From an uncultured Clostridia bacterium (lineage in GTDB: Bacteria > Bacillota > Clostridia > Christensenellales > UBA1242), in assembly GCA_947623775.1 (NCBI GenBank), contig CANQHL010000001.1, positions 1-53,521 of the forward strand: a stretch of DNA of 53,521 nucleotides. Direction: 5' to 3'. Positions 25,113-34,615 of this stretch are shown piece after piece. The notes under the pieces are model-generated. The model was not told the origin of the DNA. It did not search any database and saw nothing but the letters and a program-made list of their open reading frames with translations. Within the stretch, counting starts at the first letter, position 1; each line of letters opens with the position of its first letter. Position numbers and translations under genes: made by a program.

Positions 25113-28100
25113 TGGATTTAACAAAAGAGCAAGAGGCGATATTAAATAGTACGGCAAATAAACTTGTAATTTCGGCTTCGGCGGGAAGTGGAAAAACTTT
25201 TGTGTTGATTGAAAAGTTGATTGACCTTATTTGCAATAAAGAAGTCAGCGTTGACAGACTCCTTGTTTTGACATTCACAAAAGTTGCTTCGGAAGAAATA
25301 AAATCCAGACTTAACAGCGAAATTTTGAAGCAGAACCCGACCGAGCATTTGGTTGATCAATTGGATAGTTTGCCGCTCAGTGATATTTCCACAATAGACT
25401 CCTTTTGTGAAAAAATAATAAAAAGAAATATAAACAAACTTAACTTAGATGAAAATTTCATTATACTTGACGAAAAGACTTCACAAAAACTTAAGAAGTT
25501 GGCATTTTTAAGGACTTATCAATATTTTTCATTGAACAACCCGAGTGAATTTGACGAGATATATCTTTCATTCAAAAAGAATAAGGATTTGATAGAAGAG
25601 GGCATTTATTTTCTTCAAGATTATTTTTCAAGCAATGATGATCGAGATTTGCTAACAAAACTTGAAAACAACATAGAGGCATATGATCAAAAGGCAATAG
25701 AGATGTTGCAAGCATATTTGACCGAGCGAATTAAAAGTGTGCCATATATTTTGTCTTTATTAAATGAAAGATTGACGCCAACAGAGGAAGACCTTTACAA
25801 CATTTTAGCATCATTTGCTCAAACAGACACGACGGATGATTTTTTCTCGTTAATAAACAAAATTGAATTGTTCAAACCTCTTCCGGCATTAAACGGGAAA
25901 CATAAGGAAGAAGTTAAGAAAATTTTAGGTGCGGCAAAGAAAAAAGTACAGGAATGCTTTGATGTTTGCGATGAATTTTTATTTCTTCCCGATGATTATA
26001 AAGAAAAGGTAACACTTTTGCCTAAGGCGCTACTAAGTTTTTATAAACATTATGCAGAATTGTATTCCGCATTAAAAGAAAGACGTTCAGCCCTTGATTT
26101 TGCAGATATAGAGTTGCTTGCAAGAGAACTTCTTGAAGATGAAGAAATAAAAAAGAATTTGCAAGAGAGATATGATTATATTTTTATCGATGAATATCAA
26201 GACACAAACAGATTGCAAGAATCAATTTTAAAACCGATAGGAGAGGGTGGCTACTTTACTTGTATTGGTGACATCAAACAGGGGATTTACGGATTTCGAA
26301 ATGCCAGCAAGGAAATCATGCAAGAAGATATTGCCAATTTCGCAAAAACTGAGAATGGACAAGTTTTGTTTTTGACGGGCAATTTCCGAACAGATAATGC
26401 AATTTTACAATTTGTAAACAGCGTGTTTGTAAAGTTGATGACAAATGAAAGCGTGGGCATTGATTATGAAAAAACATCAATGCTTGAGGGATTAAAAAAG
26501 TTTGAAAAAGATGCGTTTCCGGCAGTTATAGTTGATGTTATAAGAAAGAAAAAAGAAAAGAGTGAGCTGTATGATGGCATTTATAGCGTAAGACAAGATG
26601 TGCTTGATTGTGAAAAAGTTGATGAAAGAGAAACCTTGACAATTGTGAAGAGGGTGGAAGAATTTATTGGTGCAAAATTATATGATGCAAAATTAAAAAA
26701 ATTCCGAATAATAAAAGAGTCTGATATATCCTTGCTATTTAGAAATAGGTCAAATTTAATGCGTGAAGTCGCATCAATGCTCCGCTTGCGTGGACATCAG
26801 GTGGTTGCTGACATTAATGAGCCTCTTATTGAAGATAGTCAAATAGCACTAATCTGTGCTTTATTGAAGTTGACTTTAAATTTAAATGATGATATATCTT
26901 TGGCGGCGGTGATGTGTTCGCCGTTTGGTGATTTTTCGGTTGATGAACTTGCCTTGCTACGTAAAGATGGCAAAAAAAGTTTATACGAAGTGATAGCAAC
27001 TTCACAAAGTGAAAAGATTGATAAATTCAAAAAAATGATAGAGGAATTTAAGTTTGACATACAAATACACGGCATAATAAAATCACTTTGTCGATTGTTT
27101 GACAACTATGATTATTATGATTATTTAAAATCTTTTCCATCTTGGCGTGAAAAACTTTCAAATATAAATTCTTTATATAAAGTGATAAGAAGCAGCACTC
27201 TTGATGGAAATGTCGCGGGAGTGATTAATGCTCTTGAAGTGCTTGAGGCAAGCAAGGAAAACAGCGAGGGTGGCGGCAATGCTATATCACTTACAACAAT
27301 ACATGCCACAAAAGGGCTTGAATATCCTATTGTTATTTTATGTGATTGCGGAGAATCATTAAACAAAAAATATAATAAAAGTTTTTGTTTAAGTAAAGAG
27401 TTTGGACTTGGCTGCAAAATATGTGACTTTGAAAATATGACAAGATTGTCTACGCCTGCATTTGTCGCCGGAAGATTTATGGGCAAGAAAAGGGAATTTG
27501 AAGATGAACTTATGATTTTTTATGTGGCGATGACGCGGGCGCAAAATCATCTTGTAATAATAGGCGAAGAGGATGAAAAGAAATTTACTTTTGACAATCT
27601 TCGTGAGCAAAAATCTTATCTAAAACTTATTATGTATGCTCTTGGTGAAAATTTTAAATCGCAACTGTTCAGTCAGGAAAAAATTTCAACAGAAAACACT
27701 GTATTTAACATTATTGACGAGGTTGAGGTTCAAGAAAAACAAGAAAAACAAGAAAATAAAAAAGAAAATTTCACAAAGGAAAAACACGAGTATTTGAATT
27801 TTGATTATCTAGGCAAAGAGGAATGTAAATTTGGATTTAAAAATTCGGTAACAGGTGCAATGAAGTTAAATGAAGAAAAATCAGTAATTCCGCTCACAGA
27901 AGAAAAGGTTCCATCAAGGCAGACTGCAATTGACAGAGGAAATGCCTATCATGAGGCATTAAAAATTTTGGATTTTGACAAGATAAACAAAAAGGAAGAT
28001 ATAGACTGCGCTTGGCTTGAAAAAAATTTAACAAAGGGATATTTTCCTCTTTTAAACATTGATTTACTCTATGAAAATATTACACTTATAAAGAAAGTCA

Positions 28101-28411
28101 CAAAGGGGTGCAAATTAATTAAAGAAAGAGAATTTATCATGGAAAGCACGCCTTATGAAATAGGTGTTAGTGACAATAAAACCATAGAAAATAAACTTAT
28201 AATTCAGGGCATTGTTGACCTCTTCGCAACAGGCGAAAAATTAATTTTGATTGATTATAAATATTCATCATTAAATGCGGCTCAACTTCAAGAAAGGTAT
28301 GGTGAGCAGATTAAACTATACACAATGGCACTTGAAAAAGCATTCTCAAAAAAGGTTGATGAAAAATATCTTTTATCATTAAAAGATGGAAACTTGATTT
28401 CAATAAATTAA
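25112..28411 (+). CDS. addA: ATP-dependent helicase/nuclease subunit A (AddA/RexA)
   Basis: UvrD/Rep-type helicase motifs (ASAGSGKTF, FIDEYQDTN, TIHATKGLEYP) and a C-terminal nuclease (GIVDL...LIDYKY). The GTG start overlaps the addB stop by 1 nt. Confidence 0.9.
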   Translation: MDLTKEQEAILNSTANKLVISASAGSGKTFVLIEKLIDLICNKEVSVDRLLVLTFTKVASEEIKSRLNSEILKQNPTEHLVDQLDSLPLSDISTIDSFCEKIIKRNINKLNLDENFIILDEKTSQKLKKLAFLRTYQYFSLNNPSEFDEIYLSFKKNKDLIEEGIYFLQDYFSSNDDRDLLTKLENNIEAYDQKAIEMLQAYLTERIKSVPYILSLLNERLTPTEEDLYNILASFAQTDTTDDFFSLINKIELFKPLPALNGKHKEEVKKILGAAKKKVQECFDVCDEFLFLPDDYKEKVTLLPKALLSFYKHYAELYSALKERRSALDFADIELLARELLEDEEIKKNLQERYDYIFIDEYQDTNRLQESILKPIGEGGYFTCIGDIKQGIYGFRNASKEIMQEDIANFAKTENGQVLFLTGNFRTDNAILQFVNSVFVKLMTNESVGIDYEKTSMLEGLKKFEKDAFPAVIVDVIRKKKEKSELYDGIYSVRQDVLDCEKVDERETLTIVKRVEEFIGAKLYDAKLKKFRIIKESDISLLFRNRSNLMREVASMLRLRGHQVVADINEPLIEDSQIALICALLKLTLNLNDDISLAAVMCSPFGDFSVDELALLRKDGKKSLYEVIATSQSEKIDKFKKMIEEFKFDIQIHGIIKSLCRLFDNYDYYDYLKSFPSWREKLSNINSLYKVIRSSTLDGNVAGVINALEVLEASKENSEGGGNAISLTTIHATKGLEYPIVILCDCGESLNKKYNKSFCLSKEFGLGCKICDFENMTRLSTPAFVAGRFMGKKREFEDELMIFYVAMTRAQNHLVIIGEEDEKKFTFDNLREQKSYLKLIMYALGENFKSQLFSQEKISTENTVFNIIDEVEVQEKQEKQENKKENFTKEKHEYLNFDYLGKEECKFGFKNSVTGAMKLNEEKSVIPLTEEKVPSRQTAIDRGNAYHEALKILDFDKINKKEDIDCAWLEKNLTKGYFPLLNIDLLYENITLIKKVTKGCKLIKEREFIMESTPYEIGVSDNKTIENKLIIQGIVDLFATGEKLILIDYKYSSLNAAQLQERYGEQIKLYTMALEKAFSKKVDEKYLLSLKDGNLISIN

Positions 28412-28509
28412 AAATATAGAAAAATTATTAAAAAAATTAAAAAAAATATTAATTTTGTTAGTAATTTTTTTTATAGTATGATATACTAAATGTTGAAAAA
28501 GGAGTTTTT

Positions 28510-31110
28510 ATGTGGTCAAATCTTTTAAATATAAGCGATTCACTAAGTAAATTCTTCGAACAATTAAAAGACTCTATTCATTTTGAGGGCTTTTTAATTA
28601 TTGCCGCTGCGGTCGAAGTGTTATTTATTTTATTGTTCGCAATTAAGTCTGTTTTCTCGTATGAAGCGAGATTAAAACGTATTCTTGACAAATGCAACAC
28701 TTGGCTTTTCCAAAACAAAAAGTTGGACTCGACAAACATTAAGTCGTTCAACAAACTTGTAAAGAAAGGACCAAAGCGTTTTTCATATTATTGGCAACAA
28801 TTTATTCTAAATCGTGATGGTGGTCCAACCGCGTATATGACCGAAGAAAATATAATTGAAAAACCTCTTCGTACAAGCAGTTGGCAAAACAATGTGAAAA
28901 ACTTGGAATTGCTCACGGGAATTTGGGCTGTTATTTCTCTTTTAATGGGAATTGCTTCATTCACCGGGACAAACCTATCAGTGCAAACATTTTCACTCGC
29001 CTTTGTTTTGCCAAGTGTAGTTTTGATTTTAGGTGCAATTGCCGTATTATTTATTAAAGGTAAAAGGGCGTTAAACCTTGATGATATATATCATCTTTAT
29101 CACATCTATGCTCGTTTCGTAACAAAAGCATGTGATGAACTTCCACCTTATATTGACTTTGATCTTTTATTTACGCCAAAAGAAATAGAAAAGGGAAATG
29201 CTCAAATTCGAGAATATTATGAAGAGAAAGCAAGACAAGCAAAGGAAGAATTTGAACAAGCCCAAAAAGCAGAACAAAATCAAATGGATTTCAATTTCAG
29301 AGATGTCGGAGTTGATGGTGCACTTCTGCTTGAAAGAGCAATGAAAGAAAGTGAAATTTACATAACAACAAAAAGCAACACTCTTGCTCAAATTGCAAAA
29401 TTGGAAGCTGAGAGAGATGCGTTAAAACGAAACTTTGAATCTGTACAAATGGATTTGCAAAGAAAATTACAGGCTTCCAAGGAGAATATCCAAAGCCTTA
29501 TTGAACAGCAAACAACCACAACAAATAGATTTGAAGTCGGCCGTTTAAGAGACAGACAAGACAAGGAAATAAAAAAGCAAGAGGACTTGCAAAAAGATTA
29601 TGATAAAGAAGAGAAAAACTTTGAAAAATCAAATGCAGAACTTGAAGAGCAAATCAAAGAATTAAGTGATTCCATGGTTAAAGCACTTGATCAAGCCGAA
29701 AAGGGTATGACTGCAGAATATCAATCATTCTTTAAAAAAGTCATGAAATCCGCTTATGCCGTTGCGGAGGGAAAAGTTGCAAATGAAAAGAAATCACTTG
29801 AAGATGATAAAAACGAGACCGAACAAGAACTTATAAGTGTACAAACACAAATTAAAAGATTACTTGATGAAAATGTTACTTTAAGAGCAAAGATTGAACA
29901 GCTTACAAATGAAATTGAACAAAAGACTCAGCAATTGGAACAAAAGGATAGTGTACCTAAACAAGAAGGCAATTATGATGAAAATGGCAATTTTGTTTAT
30001 CCTGATGGCTCATATCATGATGTAAAGGGTTTCTTCCATGATGTAGATGGCAGGGTTTATGATATGAATGGTAGACTTGTTATTGAAAATGAAAACATCA
30101 CCCAAGAGGAAATTGATGCAGAAGAATTGAAAAACAACATGCTCGATTCATTTGGACCTGTAGCAGTTGAAGAGGAAAGCGAAAAAGAGATTCCGGAAGA
30201 TGTTGAAGAGGAAATACAAGGAGACCTTGAACAAGTTCATTATGATGATGTTGACAATTACACAGAGGAATTAAATGAAGAGCCACATGTATATGATAAT
30301 ATCGATGAAGCGCAACTAGAAAACATTACAAGTGATGGCAATCCTCAAACAGGTGAAGAGGAAGATGGTTATAACGGATTAAATGAGGCTCCAGAAATTT
30401 CTTCCATTGATGAAGAAGAACCCGTTCCAGAGGAAAAAACAGCAGAAACTGAAGAAGTAAATGAACCTGTCAATGCGGAAGAACAGCCTGACGTGATTGA
30501 AGAAATTCCACAAGAGGAAGTTGAAGAAGAAACAAAAGAGAACGCATTGGAAGAGGAGAAACCACAAGAAGAGCCACAACAAGAAGTGCAAGAGGAAGAA
30601 GTTCAAAAACAAGAAGAAGTGCCACAAAAGGAAGAACCACCAAAAGCGAAACCAAGACCTGCTTCACGCGGAAGAAAACCTGGGACATCAACAGCATCAA
30701 AACCCGCTCAAAGAAAAAAGAGGGCAAAACCTCGTAAGCGTGTAGAGAAAAGTGATGTCGAAGAAGTTGTTGAAAGTACAGAGCCAAAGAAAAGAGGCCG
30801 TCCTAGGAAAAATCCTCAAGTGACCGAAAATGATATAAATAAGATAAACGAATTAATTGGTGCCGAAGAAGAGAAACTTGAAAATATGAAAAACCAACTT
30901 TCGCAAGACATCAATCAAGCAATAGATAACAATGTTGATATAGAGAAAGAAAAGACCGAACTCATTGAAGCGGTTGAAGCATTAAGAAAACAAGCAGACG
31001 CAATGAAAGCAGGAAATGAGAGTTCTGAAGAAGTATCAGCAGTAAACAAGCGTATCGAAGATCTTATAAATGAAATATCAAACTTAAACAAGAAAAATGG
31101 TGAGGAATAA
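28510..31110 (+). CDS. Membrane-anchored coiled-coil protein with an acidic low-complexity region and two AT-hook motifs
   Basis: Three hydrophobic helices in the first ~190 aa, a long heptad-rich segment, then an E/Q/P-rich tract. Followed by SRGRKPG (30667-30684) and KKRGRPRKNP (30787-30816), the canonical GRP-core AT-hook. A second coiled coil forms the C-terminus. Confidence 0.75.
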   Translation: MWSNLLNISDSLSKFFEQLKDSIHFEGFLIIAAAVEVLFILLFAIKSVFSYEARLKRILDKCNTWLFQNKKLDSTNIKSFNKLVKKGPKRFSYYWQQFILNRDGGPTAYMTEENIIEKPLRTSSWQNNVKNLELLTGIWAVISLLMGIASFTGTNLSVQTFSLAFVLPSVVLILGAIAVLFIKGKRALNLDDIYHLYHIYARFVTKACDELPPYIDFDLLFTPKEIEKGNAQIREYYEEKARQAKEEFEQAQKAEQNQMDFNFRDVGVDGALLLERAMKESEIYITTKSNTLAQIAKLEAERDALKRNFESVQMDLQRKLQASKENIQSLIEQQTTTTNRFEVGRLRDRQDKEIKKQEDLQKDYDKEEKNFEKSNAELEEQIKELSDSMVKALDQAEKGMTAEYQSFFKKVMKSAYAVAEGKVANEKKSLEDDKNETEQELISVQTQIKRLLDENVTLRAKIEQLTNEIEQKTQQLEQKDSVPKQEGNYDENGNFVYPDGSYHDVKGFFHDVDGRVYDMNGRLVIENENITQEEIDAEELKNNMLDSFGPVAVEEESEKEIPEDVEEEIQGDLEQVHYDDVDNYTEELNEEPHVYDNIDEAQLENITSDGNPQTGEEEDGYNGLNEAPEISSIDEEEPVPEEKTAETEEVNEPVNAEEQPDVIEEIPQEEVEEETKENALEEEKPQEEPQQEVQEEEVQKQEEVPQKEEPPKAKPRPASRGRKPGTSTASKPAQRKKRAKPRKRVEKSDVEEVVESTEPKKRGRPRKNPQVTENDINKINELIGAEEEKLENMKNQLSQDINQAIDNNVDIEKEKTELIEAVEALRKQADAMKAGNESSEEVSAVNKRIEDLINEISNLNKKNGEE

Positions 31111-31124
31111 AATTTGTCTATATC

Positions 31125-31153
31125 AAAAAAGCAATCGTTTCGATTGCTTTTTT
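31125..31153. terminator. Bidirectional intrinsic terminator
   Basis: AAAAAAGCAATCG-TTT-CGATTGCTTTTTT. Confidence 0.7.
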
Positions 31154-31158
31154 ATAAT

Positions 31159-31722
31159 TTATCTACCCCGCAATAGATTTTGCATCAGTTGAAGTTGATT
31201 TCCTTGATTTATTATTATATTTTCAGCAAGAGTTTTAAGTTCACTGCAAATATCAAATTTCAGAACATTTTTAGACATATTTATAGCCCCCTCATGATGA
31301 GGTATCATTTCCGAAAGGAAAGCAACGTTTAAATTATTTGTTGCAGGAACGCTATTCATTTTCTTTATCATAGTTTCAAAAATTGAAGTGAATTCTCTTT
31401 GATAAAGTGTTACGTCCACTTCGCTATTTTCGCATTTTGAACATTCATCAAGCATATGTTTCATTTTGTCAATATCTTTCGTTTGTTCCAAAATGATGTT
31501 TTTTGCAAGCGTTTCAATTGCTGTGTCAGTTGTGTAATTTAGTATATTTTCGCTCATCTTGATTGCTGCTTCATGATGCGGAATCATTTGCATAATAAAT
31601 GTTGCAGATATACTTGATGATGGTTCAACGCCTTTCATTTTTTCTGCCATTTCATCAAGGATTTTGTAAAAAGTATCTATGTAATCTTTTGTGTTGTCAC
31701 TTAGTTTTTGTACTAAATTCAT
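31159..31722 (-). CDS. DUF305 family protein
   Basis: Two copies of the MIPHHE[AG]AI motif (MIPHHEAAIKMS and MIPHHEGAINMS), characteristic of DUF305. Confidence 0.7.
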   Translation of the reverse strand: MNLVQKLSDNTKDYIDTFYKILDEMAEKMKGVEPSSSISATFIMQMIPHHEAAIKMSENILNYTTDTAIETLAKNIILEQTKDIDKMKHMLDECSKCENSEVDVTLYQREFTSIFETMIKKMNSVPATNNLNVAFLSEMIPHHEGAINMSKNVLKFDICSELKTLAENIIINQGNQLQLMQNLLRGR

Positions 31723-31748
31723 AATTTCCTCCCCGTATAGTTTATGAG

Positions 31749-32384
31749 TTAGCAGTCGGGGAGGTGAGAGATTTCTTTAAGTTTATTTCTTAAATAATTT
31801 TTATCTTTTATAAAAAGTTTCATTGTTTTTAGAAATGCTGAGTCTTGCGGTGAGATAATGTAATATTTCACAGTGCCATTTTCACCAAATCGCATAACAA
31901 TTTGTTGATAAATATTTTCAACGTTATCATCAAATGTGTTCTCGGGGAAGTGATTTATAGAATATTCCCATGCACGAGAAAGAGAGATGTCAATATCATC
32001 ATCTTTGTCTGCATCGGATAAAATCATTCCATATATTGATTTTGGTTTAATGCCTGCCGAAGTGGAGTGATCGGCACATGCCTGTGCAATGGTTTCAATT
32101 TCTTGTTGTGTAAAAAAGTTTTTAAGATTTTCATCTTTCAACACCAATTCTTTTGAATGTAAAGCATGATTTTTTCTTTCAATTTTCATTCCAATATCAT
32201 GATAACAAGCCGCTGTATAGACAATGTTTTCATCAATATCATCAAAACCACTACAAATGGAAAGGCTGCGTTGTGCCACGGCTAAGATGTGATTTTTGCC
32301 GTGACCTTTATCAAAATCATCATAAACAGGCAAGATGTTTGTCTCAATATAGGATTTTAGTTTTTTATTTAACTTTTTACGCAT
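31749..32384 (-). CDS. HD-domain phosphohydrolase
   Basis: H...HD metal motif (GHGKNHILAV ... ACYHDIGM ... ADHS). Confidence 0.6.
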   Translation of the reverse strand: MRKKLNKKLKSYIETNILPVYDDFDKGHGKNHILAVAQRSLSICSGFDDIDENIVYTAACYHDIGMKIERKNHALHSKELVLKDENLKNFFTQQEIETIAQACADHSTSAGIKPKSIYGMILSDADKDDDIDISLSRAWEYSINHFPENTFDDNVENIYQQIVMRFGENGTVKYYIISPQDSAFLKTMKLFIKDKNYLRNKLKEISHLPDC

Positions 32385-32802
32385 TTTGGCTATTTAAAAT
32401 AGACGGGAACATAATTAATACAAGTCCGATAATTACAATTCCAGCAAGAAGAATTGAGTTTAAAATCAAAAAGATTATACTTGTGACTTTGTTTGCTTTT
32501 TTGGTTGATTTAACTCCTGAAGCACCCATGCAAACACCTATTATTGACAGTATAACGGTAGGAATATAGGTCAACCATCCAAGAGTAAAGATGAATACAA
32601 TAAAACTTATTGCAGCACCGGTTTTGTCTTGATTTGTAAGAATTGAAAACACATAAAAAAGAGTTACTGCAAAGAAAAGTATTCCCACACAAAACATTAC
32701 AATTGAAGTCACCATGCTTCCTGTTCTTCTATCCTCAATGGGTTTTTTAGGTGCCTCTTGCCTATGTTCACTAAGGTCCGGCATAATAATTTCTTCGTCC
32801 AC
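32377..32802 (-). CDS. Small integral membrane protein (about 4 TM helices)
   Basis: Hydrophobic segments after a charged N-terminus. It overlaps the downstream HD-domain gene by 8 nt. GGAGG RBS upstream. Confidence 0.55.
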   Translation of the reverse strand: MDEEIIMPDLSEHRQEAPKKPIEDRRTGSMVTSIVMFCVGILFFAVTLFYVFSILTNQDKTGAAISFIVFIFTLGWLTYIPTVILSIIGVCMGASGVKSTKKANKVTSIIFLILNSILLAGIVIIGLVLIMFPSILNSQNA

Positions 32803-32920
32803 TTTAACCTCCTATAAATAAAATATATAATATTTTTTCCATAACTGTCAAATATTATAATAAAAATTAATTGACTTTTTGTTAAAATTATAACATAATT
32901 CTATTGTAGGAGGAGTTTCG

Positions 32921-33697
32921 ATGGAGGCTACGTTAATCTTAATTTTAATAATTGTATCGTGTGCGATTGGTGCACTGGCACTGGTTTCAACCATAATCAG
33001 AACAATTATATTGTTCAAATATCATATGTTAAATCGCAGAGAAAGTTCATCAAATCTCACTGCGAGAGAACTTGCACGAAAGGTGCTTGATGCAAATGGA
33101 CTAGAAAATGTTAAAGTTGAAAAACCAGGTTTTTTCAGAATGTTATTTTTTGGAAATCATTACAGCATCAGAAAAAAGACGATATATTTAAGAGGAAATA
33201 TAATCGATAAAAACACAGTAACTGCAATCGGCATGGCAACACAAAAGGTTGGGTATGCACTGCAAGATAAAAATCACACAAAGGGATTTAAAACAAGATA
33301 TATTTGTTCCATTTTGTCTGCATTTAGTCCACTAATCTTTTATACACTTCTCGGAATCGGGTTGATAATTGATGTCTGTACAAGTTTTAAGGGACTGGGC
33401 AGTAATGGTTCGATAACAATTTTGTCGTTGGTGATTGGGATTATTTATTATCTAACTGTATTTATCGCATTGTTGTTTAACATCAAAGTAGAGAAAAAAG
33501 CAAATGCTATGGCAATGGAGATGCTTAGCAAATCCAACTTGCTGGAAGATAAGGATTTGCGAGATCTTTCAGGTTTATTGAATTCATATGTTATTGCGGA
33601 TATTATCGATTATGTAATTTCAATATTGGAGTTAATACAACTCATATTGAAGTTTATATTTAAGGCGTTAAGATTAAATAAAGAAAACAAACATTAA
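32921..33697 (+). CDS. YugP-like (Zn_peptidase_2 family) membrane protein with a degenerate metal site
   Basis: TM-soluble-TM layout, with TARELARKVLDANGLENVKV and the FGNHYS...IYL segment as in YugP-type peptidases. Where I expect the HExxH motif, the sequence reads GMATQKVGYALQ. Confidence 0.5.
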   Translation: MEATLILILIIVSCAIGALALVSTIIRTIILFKYHMLNRRESSSNLTARELARKVLDANGLENVKVEKPGFFRMLFFGNHYSIRKKTIYLRGNIIDKNTVTAIGMATQKVGYALQDKNHTKGFKTRYICSILSAFSPLIFYTLLGIGLIIDVCTSFKGLGSNGSITILSLVIGIIYYLTVFIALLFNIKVEKKANAMAMEMLSKSNLLEDKDLRDLSGLLNSYVIADIIDYVISILELIQLILKFIFKALRLNKENKH

Positions 33698-33815
33698 TCC
33701 AATATGGTTATAAAAATTGCCGACATAAAAGCCTGGCAATTTTTTATTTTATTATGCTGTTTTTCTGCTTGTCAAAAGGGCAAAAAGATGATAAAATAAT
33801 TTGTAAGGAGTAGGT

Positions 33816-34517
33816 ATGAAAATTTTGGTTTTCAGTGATGTACATGGGAGTTATGAGGGGTTGAAAGCATTAATCAAAACAGAGGATTGGGCAAACGCCG
33901 ATAAAAGAATCTTTTTAGGTGATGCCTGTATAGGGTGCAGCAGACCAAACGAGTGCATCGAACTTTTATGTGAAGAGAATTGTATAAATCTTATGGGAAA
34001 TAATGATTATTACATTTGCGATCATCTTCCCGCCGAAGATGAAGAGGGTTTTTCTGATGGCAAACGTATCCAGTTTGCGTGGATGCAACAAAATATAAAA
34101 GAGGCAAACAAGGCAAAATTAAAAGAGTGGAAGAGGGAGTTATATTTGAATGTTGATGGTAAGATTTTGTATTTCACTCATTATCCATGGGAATTTTCCA
34201 ATAATGATTTGAATGTGATCGACGGCCCGAATGAAAAATCTCTAAGCAGCAGACAAACAATGTTCAAAGATATAGATGCCGACTACATTTTCTTTGGCCA
34301 TGAACATGGACGGGATAATTTCACAGATGGCAAAAAATATTTTTATTGTGTTGATAGTGTGGGACTTAAATTCCCTGGCTATTATTTGATGATAGAAATA
34401 AATAATGGGCAAGTTGATGTCGTTGAAAAATTTGTTGAATTTGATATAAATAAAGAAGTTGATTTAATGGAAGAGGCGGGTTATCCATATAATAAAAATA
34501 AAATGAAAAGAATTTAA
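33816..34517 (+). CDS. Metallophosphoesterase (YfcE/MJ0936-like)
   Basis: Calcineurin-like motifs in order: SDVHG, LGD, GNND, THYP, GHEHG. Confidence 0.75.
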   Translation: MKILVFSDVHGSYEGLKALIKTEDWANADKRIFLGDACIGCSRPNECIELLCEENCINLMGNNDYYICDHLPAEDEEGFSDGKRIQFAWMQQNIKEANKAKLKEWKRELYLNVDGKILYFTHYPWEFSNNDLNVIDGPNEKSLSSRQTMFKDIDADYIFFGHEHGRDNFTDGKKYFYCVDSVGLKFPGYYLMIEINNGQVDVVEKFVEFDINKEVDLMEEAGYPYNKNKMKRI

Positions 34518-34615
34518 AATCATATTTATTTTATTCCCGCATTATAGCGAAAAGAAAAATACTTTTTCAAAAAAAATTATTGTATAAAATTTTATATTTT
34601 TTACACAATAAATAT

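Noticed and set aside
30340-30640. GAA/GAG-rich purine tract as a possible DNA-level repeat or CRISPR-like array.
   Set aside because: It has no fixed repeat-spacer periodicity. It is in frame within the 866-aa ORF and simply encodes the E/Q/P-rich acidic low-complexity segment.
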